NCBI GenBank assembly: GCA_964188305.1
Contig: OZ076901.1
Source: Podarcis bocagei
Lineage: Eukaryota
DNA length: 64,000 bases
Strand: one strand, 5' to 3'
The position numbers and the translations under genes are program-made. Under the pieces are notes generated by a model. It had not been told where the DNA came from. It searched no databases and worked only from the letters and a program-made list of their open reading frames with translations. Below are positions 24,730 through 37,758 of this stretch, piece by piece. How positions within the stretch are numbered: the stretch's first letter is position 1; each line of letters begins with the position of its first letter.

Positions 24730-24819
24730 ATGAAGGACTCACTAGTTAACCTCCAGAATGGAATCGGGTCCCGTGAATATCGGCCGGAGCCAGACGAGAA
24801 ACGGAAACGGTTCCACTAG
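24730..24819 (+). CDS. GRAMD1B: GRAMD1B last coding exon MKDSLVNLQNGIGSREYRPEPDEKRKRFH*
   Basis: tcttgcAG acceptor; stop TAG 24817-24819; resembles the mammalian C-terminus. Confidence 0.95.
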   Translation: MKDSLVNLQNGIGSREYRPEPDEKRKRFH

Positions 24820-27800
24820 CAGACAGGAACCCAAGAGCGGCCAGAGGACTGTGTGCAATACATGTACATAGAATATATAAATATATATATATACAGAATA
24901 TAAATATATATATATTATATACAGATTTTAAAAGAGAGAGCGAGAGAAAAATGAAGCCTACGTACTGAGAAGAGAGAGTGGTGTGTTGATCCGACCTCCA
25001 GCACTGGATGAAATGGAGCGTCATCTGGGATAGGGGCAGGATGCGGCCGGGTTGTGCTCTCCCGGCACTGAGGCATTGTGGGAAAGTGCAGCCCGTGCCA
25101 TCCTGGGGCCCTCCCCCACACCTCTCTTAGTATCTGTTTGTCCGTCCGTCTGTCTGTCTCCCTCTCTCTCCATCTGGGGTGTGTGTGTCGGGGGGTATTT
25201 CACCCAAAGGGAAGAATCAGAAGGCGTGAGATCCCACCCACTCACCCTCTCCTCCACATTTTACTGAACTCAAGAAGCTGCTTATAGGAGATACCATCTA
25301 CTCTGGCTCTCAGGATAGTCGCTGAGGCTGGCAGGATGAACCCTCTTAACTGCTGCTATCACTTTTTTTCCTGGCAAGCTCTGTTGGAACGGCTCTGGGT
25401 AGCCCATCAACCAAGTGTTTGCTTCACAGCCTCCTTTTTACAGGGTTATCCTTTTAATGCTGACCTGGCTTGGTGCATGCTTCCCGTACCCCTTTCTGCA
25501 ACTCCAGTGGAAAATATGTGCCCCCCAGGAGGGCGTAGCAACCTCATTGTGTCCTGGAGTGAGTTTTGCAATACAGGTAGCCAGGGACTGCTTCTTGAAC
25601 ACTCCCAGGTTTAGCTCAGTCCTTGACGCTCATTCTCTTCCATGGGAGGAGTTAGGTGAATGTATACCCCCCTCGTTTTAGTTTGACAGTGTCCCCTTTT
25701 GGTGTCGGAGACCCCTCTGATCATTGTGCATTTGCATTTCCATCTATGTATATCGTAGGAAACTGCTGCTTCACTGAAAGGGCTATACACATATATCCTT
25801 ACCGGACTGGGGGGTGGGTCCCAAAGCAAGTTTCACATAAAGAAAAACCATTCCCCGATTTCCCTCTTCCCGAAAACAAATGAGTTGATGGTACCGAGCT
25901 TGGATGCTTGGAAGTCCTCGTCCCGGTTCACGAGCTCCTTTTGCATGGGTTAATTGCATCTTTTGTGTCCCGCTGCATCCAGGAGAAGTGTAGAAAGAAA
26001 ATCAGCCCCTTACTACTAAATGAGGAAATTGCTACTGCCTAAGCAGAAAAATGGATCTTTTTGGCAGACGCAGCTGCCTCTCAAATGCATGACTGTCTCT
26101 AGGATAAGTTATAGGGACTAAGAATAGTCTTGGGGTGATGTTTCAGGGTGGGCAGGTTGGTAGGCTGCTGACGACTCTTTTTAATCAAGTGAAGCCCTCA
26201 AACACCCTTTGGTAGCAGAATCAAGGCCAGTGTTGGTGACCTAAAGCAAAACAAACAAACCAACCCTGATAACTCTGGAGAAATACAGAGTTTAGACCAT
26301 TTCCTGGCCACTGCTTTTGGGAAATGACATGCAAAACATCCAATTTTAAGATGCTGGGAACTTTTCAAACAACAAATTAGAATGATCTGGAATAAGTTGA
26401 AGTCAAATGACAGTTCTATATTTTAAAAGCTTTCTTTTCTTTTTAAGTGGCAATTATATAAGTCGGGGCCCCAGAAGATTAAGCTCCTGTAGGGTTTACT
26501 TTGTTTTGCAAGAAGAGGAGGAGGGAAGATTGTTTTTCCACCAGTATAAGCTTCACAAGAAAGTGTGGTTCACTGGTTTTTCTAACATATCCTTGTCAGC
26601 AAGAATCATTCCTGGTGGTTTGAAGGACAGGTTGGAAAGGCACCCCCGTCCCACTTTACAGGCTAGGTCCTAGTTCAAGGGCTGTTTCCCCCCACAACTG
26701 AGAACTGACCCAAAATGGCTGCCTCCTTATTCCAGTGAGCAACATGTCAAACTCTTTAAGAGGGTCATGGTTGTTCTTTAAAGATCCTGCCACTGCCCCC
26801 ATGGTTGGACTGTGTGTTTTGTGAACAAAGTAAGGCACACGGAAGGTGGGAGGAGGTGAGTTTTACTTTCCCCCTCTCTCTGAAGTAATGTCCACATTGA
26901 CCCCATAGAGTTTTCCCATGGCTGGGGAGCTTTGACTTACCGACTGTACAGGAAGGCAATAGATATCCCTGTCAAAGAGCCCTGAACCTGCATGCATAGC
27001 TCCTGTGTTCAGAACCACCCTGTTAAGTTTTGCAGAGCAAGCAGATTTGCAAGGACAAAGGAATATCCCTGTGTCTCTGCATGGCGCTGTCCTTGCAGGT
27101 GGAGGAAAGGCTTCTGCTGCTCTGGGGAGACAGGATTAAGATCCTAATTCGGTCTTACTGAGGCACATTTAATTTGGTTTTTTTTTTTTAGGGATGGGGG
27201 CCCAGTTACTCTCTAGGCATTGTTGGGACCTCATCTCTCATCAGCTCCGGCCAGCATGACCAGGGATGATGGGAGTTGCAGCCTGACAATATCTGGAGGG
27301 TCGCAGGTTTCCCCATCAGAGACAGGAAAGATGATGTTTTCTCCCTTTGAACTGAGTTAGAGCATATAACTACCCTCCCTGCTGGATTGGTCATTGATGT
27401 TGCAAGGTAAAGATGTGCTGCCTTCTCCGTATTCTTAAGGATGCTACACTCTGGTTATCATTTGATGAGTTAAAGGTGCAATGAGGATGCAGGATCTGTT
27501 GTACCTGTGCTCTTCCTGCATCCCACCCACCTCCTGGCAAACCATTCCTTTGAGGAAGGACATCCTTAGAGGACACTTGCTTTGCGACCGATTAGTTGCA
27601 TTCTCCTGCCCCCAGTTGATACTGAGATTTCATCTCCACTGAGTTCAGCATAGCTGCAAAGGATGCCAGCAGACCTATAAAGGAATCACCCTTGGGGCAC
27701 AGATCAATTTGTTGTTCTTTTCTCAGGCCCATTGTCACCTTCTCACTTTCATTAATTGGACTGACTCAAATACTTTTCTTTTTTTTAAAAAAAGCCTAAC

Positions 27801-28784
27801 AAGTTATTGTGGAGGAAATGCTAGAGCTGAACACCCAGCCTGCACAATGGCCTTTCTGTTGCACAAATTGGGGGGGGGGGTTCTCAGATTTTGTTCTCCA
27901 TGCCCCCCCCTCCTAATTTCTTCTCTCATTCTCTGGCATCTCCCTCATGCTTACCAAAAGCACAGGTGACTCTTGTTTTTGTGCCATAACACCCCCTTCC
28001 TAACCCCTCCAGATGTGCTAATCAGCCAAATTGGAGTGTTACCACTCACCCTGACTTGCTGAGCTTCAGCTACACACCTTGTTGAGAAAGAGAGAGAGAG
28101 TGACCATTTCATCTCTAGCAGATTCTGCTAGGATATATTCTCCCCTCACCACTGGAAAAGAGGCGAAACCTGGTAGCAATTCACCTTTCTATGCATTCTG
28201 CCCTTCTTCCACTTCCTTCCCTTTCCCTCGAGTTCCCAGGCTTTTGGCACCCTCTAGGGCTGGCCTGGCGCTGCCCCATACTTTTCTTTCCTCCCCACGT
28301 CAGCAGTGTCTTCTAAAATGAATGCGGCGAGGGAGGCAGACTCCCTTCCGAAGGAATCACATTCGCACATGGCTCAGAGTATCTTCTCTCTCTGACCCAT
28401 CTTTATTATTATTATTATTATTAATTACCTCACTTTATTTTGGCCAGTTTTTGTTGCTAAGGTTTGAAGGACTGGCTTCCCAACCTGAGCTTTGCATTGG
28501 ATTTTTTTTTTGGGGGGGGGAATATGGTGGCATAATGTAGCAAAGGATTGGAAGCTGCTTGGGTGGTTTCCCCATTGTTCAATCTCCTCTGGAGTTTGGG
28601 AGAGTGATTTCTGTGACTGCTTCCTTGAGAAATGAGCAGCCACTTCATTATAATGTTCCCTGTGTGGTGGTGATGATGACCTTAAACCCACCTCTCCCCC
28701 CCCCACCTTAAGCATGAACATCTGGCTTAGTTACTGACAATTGTTTCTCAGATGTGCAAGTTTTCCTGACTACATTTCAACACC

Positions 28785-28790
28785 TTTATT
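28785..28790 (-). terminator. Candidate SCN3B poly(A) signal
   Basis: Minus strand AATAAAggtgttgaaatg. Confidence 0.45.
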
Positions 28791-29013
28791 GGTGGAGGGG
28801 TGGGGGGGTTGGGGGGAGTGGGGGGGGGGAGAGACATAAAGGGAACAGACCAGAGGCCCCAGCCCTTCCGCACCTCCCAAATATTTCCCACAGCTGGAAG
28901 GGTCTGTGGTAGGAAGACAAAATTCTGGCATTGGGCTGATGTGCAGAAGGACACCCCTGGTTGTGTCTGTAGGAGTTGTCTGGCTGTGTCTGTGTGTCTG
29001 ATTCTGTAACTAT

Positions 29014-29019
29014 AATAAA
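29014..29019 (+). terminator. Candidate GRAMD1B poly(A) signal
   Basis: AATAAA on the + strand, preceded by TGTA. Confidence 0.35.
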
Positions 29020-30475
29020 AAACTTTGCGCTGTGCGCAAAGTCTAGTATACAAATTGATTTAAAAGGAGGAAAAAAACAACAACCACAAACTTGACTGCT
29101 AGAAACTAGGAGTTTAAAAAAGGCTACAAAGCCAAAATCTTAATGTAAAGTAGCTAGGGGGAGAAATGGAATAAGAGTATGAATAAAATATAATGAACAA
29201 AAGAGAGAGAGAAAGCATCATGTGGGTTCTTTTGCTTTTTATTTTGCTGTCTGTTTTCTACATCTCCTGTGCCTTTTCCACACACATCACAGACAGAAGA
29301 CACAGTCTACCTTTTGAGTTGAAGACATCGTACACGGTTACCTTTGTGTGCCCATGTAAGGCATCCCACCAAGGGAGGTTGTATTCACTGTCAGAAATCC
29401 CATATGAACTACTGCCTTAGAAGGCAGGCGAAAGAAAGTGTTATTTCTTAAAGAATTATGGAAGTAGTTGTGGTATGGGAGAGAAAACGTTAAAGGGTTT
29501 ATCTTTACCATTCATTCTTCTGAAGCTTTCCTGGTTCCAGAACTGCTACTTAATTGCTCCACCTCAAGAGCTGAGGGTGTTACCAGATTCTATTATATCG
29601 GGTAACGAATGCAGAGGCTGGATTTAGACGCAACTGGATTAGGGTCAGATAACTTCCCAAGGGTTAAATGGCAAATCACGGGCAAAATCAAGAAGGAGGC
29701 CTTAGTGCGAAGAAAGCTCCTCCATTGTTACTTTCTGCAGGATGTGATGGAGTGTGCTTAAATTGGACATGACAGCTGGACCCTTCACCATGTGGAATTA
29801 TGGGTGCTGCTTTGGTTCACAATTTGAGTAACTCCACAAAGCATGACATGTTGAAGAAGGTGAGTTACAGCTCTAAGCTTCAGATATAAGCTTCATAAAT
29901 AAGATTAATGAATTAGTACAGGTATATGCTTGCTGAGTAGCATCAGCATTGCTATATTTGGAGGGGGGGAGAGTAAAAAAAAAAAAAAAAGCTTACAGTG
30001 TTGCTCCAAAAATTACTGAGACAGGGACCTGGTTCACACACAACACTAAGCTAAACCATGATGTGGTTTGAATGAACCATTGTGGGCTCCTAGAGAGGAA
30101 TCGTAGACTCATCGAATTTTAGAGCTGGAAGGTCCCCCACAGGTCATTTAGTCCAACCCGTAATGAAACCCTGGCACATGGCCACGCAACCTCTGTTCAG
30201 AAACTTCCAATTGCAGCCCCGCTCGTTCTGCTGCTGTTTTGATCTGGGCTCATGGATTAGCTCTCCCCAGAGAAATCGGAAGCATGGCAGAGGGAGGGAA
30301 GGAGGCCTAACCCTGCCACTCATATTTGTAGCAACAAACCCTGGTTTGCCATTAAGTCTACAATGAGGCTTAGTGGTGGATTGTGGTCTTTAACTACAGC
30401 AAAGTACTTTGCTATTCATGCTTTTTCTAATACTATCATTTGCTGTGAAAGAAAATAATGCAAGTCTAGGCAATA

Positions 30476-30717
30476 CAGTGGTACCTCGGGTTAAGTACTT
30501 AATTCATTCCGGAGGTCCATACTTAACCTGAAACTGTTCTTAACCTGAAGCACCACTTTAGCTAATGGGGCCTCCTGCCGCTGCCACGCCGCCGGAGCAC
30601 GATTTCTGTTCTCATCCTGAAGCAAAGTTCTTAACCTGAAGCACTATTTCTGGGTTAGCAGAGTCTGTAACCTGAAGCATATGTAACCTGAAGCGTATGT
30701 AACCCGAGGTACCACTA
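30476..30717. mobile_element. Tc1/mariner-type MITE family A, within the probable SCN3B 3' UTR
   Basis: TA-cagtggtacctcggg...cccgaggtaccact(a)-TA. Confidence 0.9.
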
Positions 30718-32907
30718 TAATCTGATCCTACCAAACAGCTAGGCTTAATATTTGCCCCCCTGCACAGTCTTCAGATTCCTTTGCTGAAAAGAAAAATTGT
30801 GCTCAGTGTTCTACCCCACCATAAAACAAACCATTACCAGATAGAAGTTTAGATTTTATTTATGCAGACCTTCTAATGGGTGGGTGGCCTTTTTACTGGC
30901 CCAGAGGGACAAACCCACCTTGGCCCAACCCTCCAAGGACAACTTGTGGCTGTGACCACCCCATGCTGTCTTATGCACATAGGCAGACAGCCTTCCTCTT
31001 CAGCTGATCTGTTCAGATCAGTTAAGGGTGATGGCAGTGGGCTTTGCTTCCTCTTTCTTCATTGAAGTTGGTCTGATGACCGGGAAGTGAGAGATTTGCA
31101 TCCCTATCTGGGTGTTATTTCCCATCTTTGCTGCTGCCAAAATTGGTTGGGTCTTGGAAGAGGGGGCAGCAAAATATGATAGTGGGGGCAGATCAGGCCT
31201 GTGAACCTGGAATTACACCACCCCTGCCTGATAATAGTATATGGCAATTGGAGGGCATAACATGCTCCTGGCAGTGGCAGGCTTTGTTTGAGATTGGAAT
31301 AGCTGAATAATTTTTTTCAGTGCCGTGCAGTTATTAAAAGCACAGTGCTCCTCTTTGAAATGGAAGGTTCACGTTGCCATCTTCCTCTGATCCTTCAGTT
31401 AGAATTGTCCATCCTGCTTCAGTCTCTCAAGTACATGAAAGGACACCTGACCCGACTTAAAGCCCCTACAATTCTGGGCATCTCGGTCACTGCGTCAAAC
31501 ACTAAGGAGAATTTAAACTTTCATCACAACATCATGTTTTGCAAAGTGGTTATTTGCCACTGCCCTCTGAATCCTGCTGGAAATTATTTTAGAAGTTTGC
31601 TGCTTGGGTTTCACTAAATCACAGAATGCCCAAATTAATGACTCTTGTCCTATTTACACACAGTATATGACATACTATGGAGTGTTGCAACATGGAAATC
31701 ACATACGATGCAAAGAGAGGGTGCTTCATGGCCACACTCTTACCCCAGGGCTCAATCTAGTATCTATAATATCGCCACTCTTTTAGCAGTGCACTTTCCT
31801 CGGAAACATCTCTCACTCGAGCATTTCCTCCTGTGCCACAGGTTCATGAAAAACTAAACAGTACAATTACTGTATTGCTTCTGCCTGGCTTTCCATTTGC
31901 TCCTGGAGGTATTGGCCAAAACAGACCCACTGTTATCTGCTTCCCTAGGAAAATCTGGGGCATGTTCTGTGACATCACTGGGGCATCATACTCAAATTAA
32001 CACCAAAAGCAATGATGACTAAATGAATGCCACTTAATGCTGAGGAAGCTGTGATGTCTGAATGCACCCAAAGGAAAGTCTGTGTTAGCGAGAGATGAGT
32101 GAGTATTTACAGAGTCGTTGAGGCAATGGGCAACAGATGAGGTAATGCACCTCTTACCCCCCCCCCTTGACTTTGCATGCCTCAAAGGAAAGTCTTTAAC
32201 AAATGGGCTGATCGCTCAAGGAATGAGAGCCATGAAGTCAAAGCAGTGCGATGTTCCAGACAAACGGAAACAAATTTACACTTCCTCGTGGTTCCTGGTC
32301 TTGGGCTCCTGCAAAACTTGGCTGCAGTGACTTACTCCTTGTGTCTGCCTAGTCCCTGAAAACAAGGAAAAAGAGCCAGACTGTGATTCACCTTCCACTT
32401 TCAGAAGATTAGATGAAAACCTGCATGAGCAAAACACACCACCTGCTTGTAGAAGTCACACATAGGAGAGGAGTTTTAGTGCATCACCAATTACCTACCT
32501 TTTGGACCACCTAATCTTGTTTTATGTCTCTTGTACTTTGAATTCTCTATCAGGAAGACTGCTTTGGACTCTTACCTTCAGCAAAATACATACAAGGGGG
32601 GAAATCTCAAGATGGCACCATGTCTTCTACTCCATAATCCCTGGAAGAGTTCTTGCTGTTGGAGTCACTTGGAACCATTGCAGACCTGTCTATGGCAATC
32701 CACATTCCATCCACAGATCATATCTGAACATTTTCAAATATGCTCAGTAGCTTCCTTGAGCCTGGAGATCATGAATGACCCCCATGGTGGTGCCTGCACA
32801 CAGATTTGGATTTGCTAGGCAGCCAATGCCCTCCCCCGCTGCCATGTGATTTGCACAGAGCTTTTTCACCTTTTTTTGCACACTGTACGCCTACGTGGTT
32901 TCATCTT

Positions 32908-32974
32908 CTACTCCTCCTCCACTGGCACAGCACAATTCTCCTTGTTTTCTGAAGGGATGGCGAGGTAGTCAGTC
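32908..32974 (-). CDS. SCN3B: SCN3B last coding exon (A)TDYLAIPSENKENCAVPVEEE*
   Basis: ctctccAG acceptor; YLAI motif of Nav beta1/beta3; stop TAG 32910-32908. Confidence 0.96.
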
Positions 32975-33539
32975 CTGGAGAGCAAGGTGAAAAGTGTACT
33001 TCAAGGAGAAAGTCCTGAACTGGCAATTTTAAAAAGAGGTTTACATGGGGAAGGACACAACAAAACACCAAACATTAAAATCTTCCTGAAACAGATGTGA
33101 TGTTGATAATGTAGCTCACTTTTGCTTAGCTGTTTGTTGTTGTTTTTAAGCCAGCATGGGAGGTGGGGAGTCAGATTTGGACCGTGGTGTGTATGTGTCT
33201 GGGGTTAACCATTCACCTCTACCATCCGATAGAAATCCTTACAGCTGCTACACCTGCTGTTTGAATGAGAGAAAATGGCTTTCCTCCCATTGCAAGTAGC
33301 TGGGCACTAGGATGTGTGACTGGATTCAGATTCTGATTTGGCAGGGGCAAAGTTTAAAGCTCCCCCCCCCCCAAGTTCTAGTTCAAGGTACCTGTATCAG
33401 CTCCTGGATTCATCTTCTTTTGGACAGAGATGATTTTGCCACCGTTTTAAAATTGTGGTTTTATGAACTCCGATATGGAATCTTAGCCAATCATCTGCCT
33501 GCTGCTTGTTGGACCAGCTGCAGTTTGTGAGCATCACGG

Positions 33540-33767
33540 AGCAGAAGGCTATCAATGGCTGCTAGCCACAACCCTATGCTCTCCCTCCACAACTGGAGGC
33601 AGCAATGCTTCTGAATACCAAGTGTTGGAAACCACAGAAGGAGAAAGTGCTGTTGCACTGAGGTCCTTCTTGCATGCTTCCCTTGGGGGGCTCTGGATGT
33701 CAACTGTGAGAGCAGAACGCCGGACTAGATGGGCTCTTAGCAGGGCTATTCTTATATTCTTATGTTC
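33540..33767 (+). mobile_element. CR1-type 3' fragment abutting the SCN3B donor
   Basis: ggctatcaatggctgctagcc...ggactagatgggc...cagggctattcttatattcttatgttc tail. Confidence 0.75.
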
Positions 33768-33772
33768 ACTTA

Positions 33773-34030
<258 letters not shown>

Positions 34031-35134
34031 CTATATCTTCCTATATGGAAATAATTTGTCATGCAGAAACTGAGCGGTTCTCTTTTCTGGCTCGGACTGT
34101 AAGCTCTGTGCCAGCTCAGTAGGCAGTTGCATGCCTATTGGCTCTTATGGAATGGATTGGGCCAACTGGAAAATTACTGGTATCCTGCAGCCAGGAACCT
34201 AAACACACACAGTTCCCATTCACCAGCTGGTGGCTGCAAACTGAGCAAGGATCCCACTGTACCACACCTCAGTAGAACAGTACAACCTCAGGCTATTTGC
34301 AGAGCAATGTATAGAATTTCTTTTCCATAGACCATAGTGCCCCCATATCATTCTTTACAATCTGGATGAAATACTCATGCAGAACATGATAATCAAACAC
34401 TCCCAAGTGTTGGGAGGATCAGAGCTTTTGAATAAGCAAAAATGTTGAGAGGCTAAATGAGGTGAAAGCAGGATTACCACTAGAACTGGGTGAGACAACT
34501 GAGGTTCTACCATCTCTTAGAAGACTTTGTGGTGCCACCCACTACACCATTGGCAATAAGGCTGACATTTGCACATGCACTTTAGGTGCAATTGAGGGGG
34601 TTGGGCTAGATGACCCCTGGGGTCCCTTCCAACCCTATTAGTCTATGATTCTATATGTTCTCCTTAGCGCATGCGCAGACGTGCAGAGTTGCTCAGATGA
34701 CATACTTTGCTTGGGACAAACAGAGCTACGTCTGTGCCCATCCTGGAACCCTGACAGGCTCTCCTTTTGTTTCCTGTTTCTTTACTTCCCCATTTGCAGA
34801 TGTTCTATATTGTGCTGAAGACAAGGAAACAGAACCACCAAGAAACTCAGGGAGGGATCTTCAGCAAGGGAAGGAGACAGAGGGAAAAAAGGACACAGAG
34901 AAAGGGGTACACAGCTGTTGGCAGAGGGGGAGAGAGAGAGAAAACAATATAGACACAGCGTAAGGAATGAGATGCAACAGGAGGGAGCCATATTTAGTTC
35001 AACAATCATTTGGCGCTGCTTCTGTTGAAACTGACAGTCTCAGCAATCCATTAGAGAACAGCCTACGGACAACCCTTTCCCCTCAATGAGCCCAGTTTTG
35101 ACGACTCATTGAAATAAACTAAATGATGATGTGA

Positions 35135-35326
35135 TTCCCTACAAGGACTTGGGACTTTTTAGTTCAGAGAAAAGACAAATAAGAGGTGAGATAGTGGGCA
35201 TTTATAAAATTATGCTTGGCATGGAGAAAGAAGAGGTTTTCTCCCTCATAACACTAGAATTAATAGTCATCCTGAATGTTGAAAGATTCAGGATAGATTT
35301 GAGAGAGAGAGAGAGAGTGGGTGGGG

Positions 35327-35369
<43 letters not shown>

Positions 35370-35615
35370 TTCCTCCAACAAGAGGCAGTGATGGTCACCA
35401 ATTGGAATGACTTTAAAAGAGGATTGAGCAAATTCATGGAAGAGGAGGTTTTCAATGGCCACTAGTGACCTTCATGGGTGGAAGCTGTAATACTTATTAT
35501 GCATATAAGTTGCTGGAAGAGGAGAGCGCTCCTGCACTTGAGGGTTTTCCACAAGCATCTGTGAGCACAGGATGCTGGAGTAGGTGGGCCACAGGCTCTT
35601 CTTACATTCTTATGA
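35135..35615 (+). mobile_element. Degenerate CR1-type fragment interrupted by (GA)n at ~35301-35367
   Basis: LGLFSSEKRQIRGEIVGIYKIM motif and gactttaaaagaggatt...aaattcatgga. Confidence 0.65.
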
Positions 35616-36523
35616 TAAACATTGTGGTGAACTGAGTTTAAATCTGGGGTGACTGGAGGTGGGAAAGAACCTCTACTATTTTTGCAGGTAAACAAACTCT
35701 GAACTAAAACTATAGTGCCATATGGAAGACATGAGTTTCCTAATGACCCAAAAGTTTTGTGGGAGTGGGAGGGTTCTGTTTTAGAGGGTAGACAGAAGCA
35801 AAAGTCTATAGTTTTTGAATTAAGGGACTATTTTAACATTTGGCCTAAAACATGGCCAGTGTGGAATACAATGCCATATACATATTATTACACCAAGTCC
35901 ATCACAAGCCCCATTTCATTACATTCTGCCTCGGCTCCTCAATAGTCCCTTGTGGGGAATGGTGATAAAAGGATGGTGACATAAAACTCCAAAATAAGCT
36001 TTGGAACCAAGTTTTCTGAAGGCAAAACTGTACACATGCAAATATTGCTGCTCGTTTGTTCATGGAGTGAAAATCATTCAAAAAGATTTCAGGCCTAATT
36101 CTGCCACTAAATGTATACCTTGTATTTAAAAGGAAGTAAGAAATGAACAGGCCCTTGCAAGTTTGAACTGGGTGTCCCTTCTACGGATCAGAGCAAATGT
36201 CCACCCCCCCCCATATAGTGGTCAGAGTAGTTTAAGGGTTATTTGGCATGAAGGCTATAAAACGCCATCTGTGTTTAACCAGCCCCAAAGCAAGTGTCTC
36301 TGGACCACCTAGGAAGTCATCCTTAATTTGTCCCTTGACAAACCCTTCAGCCTGCTTTACGGAATGCAAATGTGGGAGAAACTGCTTGAAACTTGAGGAG
36401 TCTCTCCCCCCCCCCTTCCTTACACAAAATACCAACTTCTGCATCACCATCTTGTGTGTGACTGCAAGAGACCCACTGCCAAGAGGCACCAGAATTAAGG
36501 GACATGCCCGTCACCCTTCATAC

Positions 36524-36749
36524 CCTCCTCCACCACCGTGAGACGGATCAGTGTAGAGCGCGTGACAACTGGTCGATGAACCTCGAAGTTGAATTCCCGA
36601 GTGACATTGCAGGTGTAGATCCCCGAATCATTCAAAGAGATGTTGAGCACGGAGATGGACACATCCTGCATGTCTATGCTCCCGTCCCATTGGAGCCGAC
36701 CACGGAAGCGGCTCCCAAGTTCCTGCTTCTCATTTTCGTACTTGTAGAT
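36524..36749 (-). CDS. SCN3B: SCN3B exon, Ig V-domain second half IYKYENEKQELGSRFRGRLQWDGSIDMQDVSISVLNISLNDSGIYTCNVTREFNFEVHRPVVTRSTLIRLTVVEE
   Basis: ccctacAG / GTatga; 226 nt; DSGxYxC Ig motif; missed by ORF track. Confidence 0.96.
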
Positions 36750-37758
36750 CTGTAGGGAGCAGAATAAGGAAGGATGCTGTCATTTTCAGACCTTTGTGCT
36801 GTCTTCTGTTGCAAGGAACAAAACCAGACTGTTTAAAATGTTTCTTTGGAAAAGTCTTCTTTTAAAGATCTTCTTCAGAGCCCTCCCTATTCTTAAACTC
36901 TTCTTCCCTGCTCCAATGGATATAGAATACAAAAAACAACAAGTGACAAATGCATGTGTGGATTGGCATTTAATACGCTCCCTTTGAACAAGAAAATAAG
37001 GTGGCAATAGTGCAGAGCAGGAGAGAATGACACATGATCCCCAAGAATAAAAATGGACAGATAGTCTCTTTGGATTATGCTACAGGGGCATCTCAACAGT
37101 AGTGTGGCCAACACTGGGTGCTTTGCCAGGTGTCATAACTGAGGTCTAAAAACAGCTGTGGAACAGCTGTCCTTGTGTGTCAGAACAGAAAAAGAGGAAG
37201 CAATGCAAAAGCATTTATCACACCAATATGTTTTCTTCAGCTGCTCTGTGAATAAACTGGAGTTTAGCACTTTGCTTTGCCAGGATGATGACTTCCCAGA
37301 CCAGTAAATATTTTGGAGAGCTTCTGAAAAGATGTGTGAACAGCATTTAAGCTCTCAGGACATTTAACTTTTCTGATCTAGCCTGCCTGAAGCTGATGGT
37401 TGGTAAGATTCCTGCTCAGTCCTTGCAACTCTTTTAGGAAAGCAGATCTGACCTCCTCGCAGCAAAGCCCCCTGTGCAGATCACCTAATAGGGTTTGAGG
37501 ACCCAGATGAGAATCTTGTTGGGAATAGCACCCTCATCAAAACATCTATTAATAAATGTCTAGTTATAGGCGAAGACCTATACATTTGCAAATGATCCTC
37601 ATTTTGCTGGTTTTCCCTGACACCCATTACCTGAGATTGATCCTTTTCACCTTATTTCCTCCCACCCTTTATCAAGGAAGAGAATAACGTCTCCTGGTCC
37701 CTTTTTCCATTTCTCATCTCACAGGCTCATAGCTAGAGGCACCCAGTGTAATACTTAC

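Larger units (their letters stand above)
24820..29040 (+). other. GRAMD1B: Probable GRAMD1B 3' UTR (end uncertain)
   Basis: TE-poor stretch after the stop; Pumilio-type TGTACATA at 24863; candidate AATAAA at 29014. Confidence 0.5.
28770..32355 (-). other. SCN3B: Probable SCN3B terminal non-coding exon (3' UTR)
   Basis: Strong acceptor ctctttttccttgttttcAG at 32356-32375 (minus); mammalian SCN3B has a non-coding last exon; 3' end uncertain. Confidence 0.55.

Noticed and set aside
26831-26842. TAAGGCACACGG resembles the 5' end of miR-124
   Set aside because: Match stops after 12 nt and I see no precursor hairpin; as a target site it is antisense to GRAMD1B and beyond the likely SCN3B end
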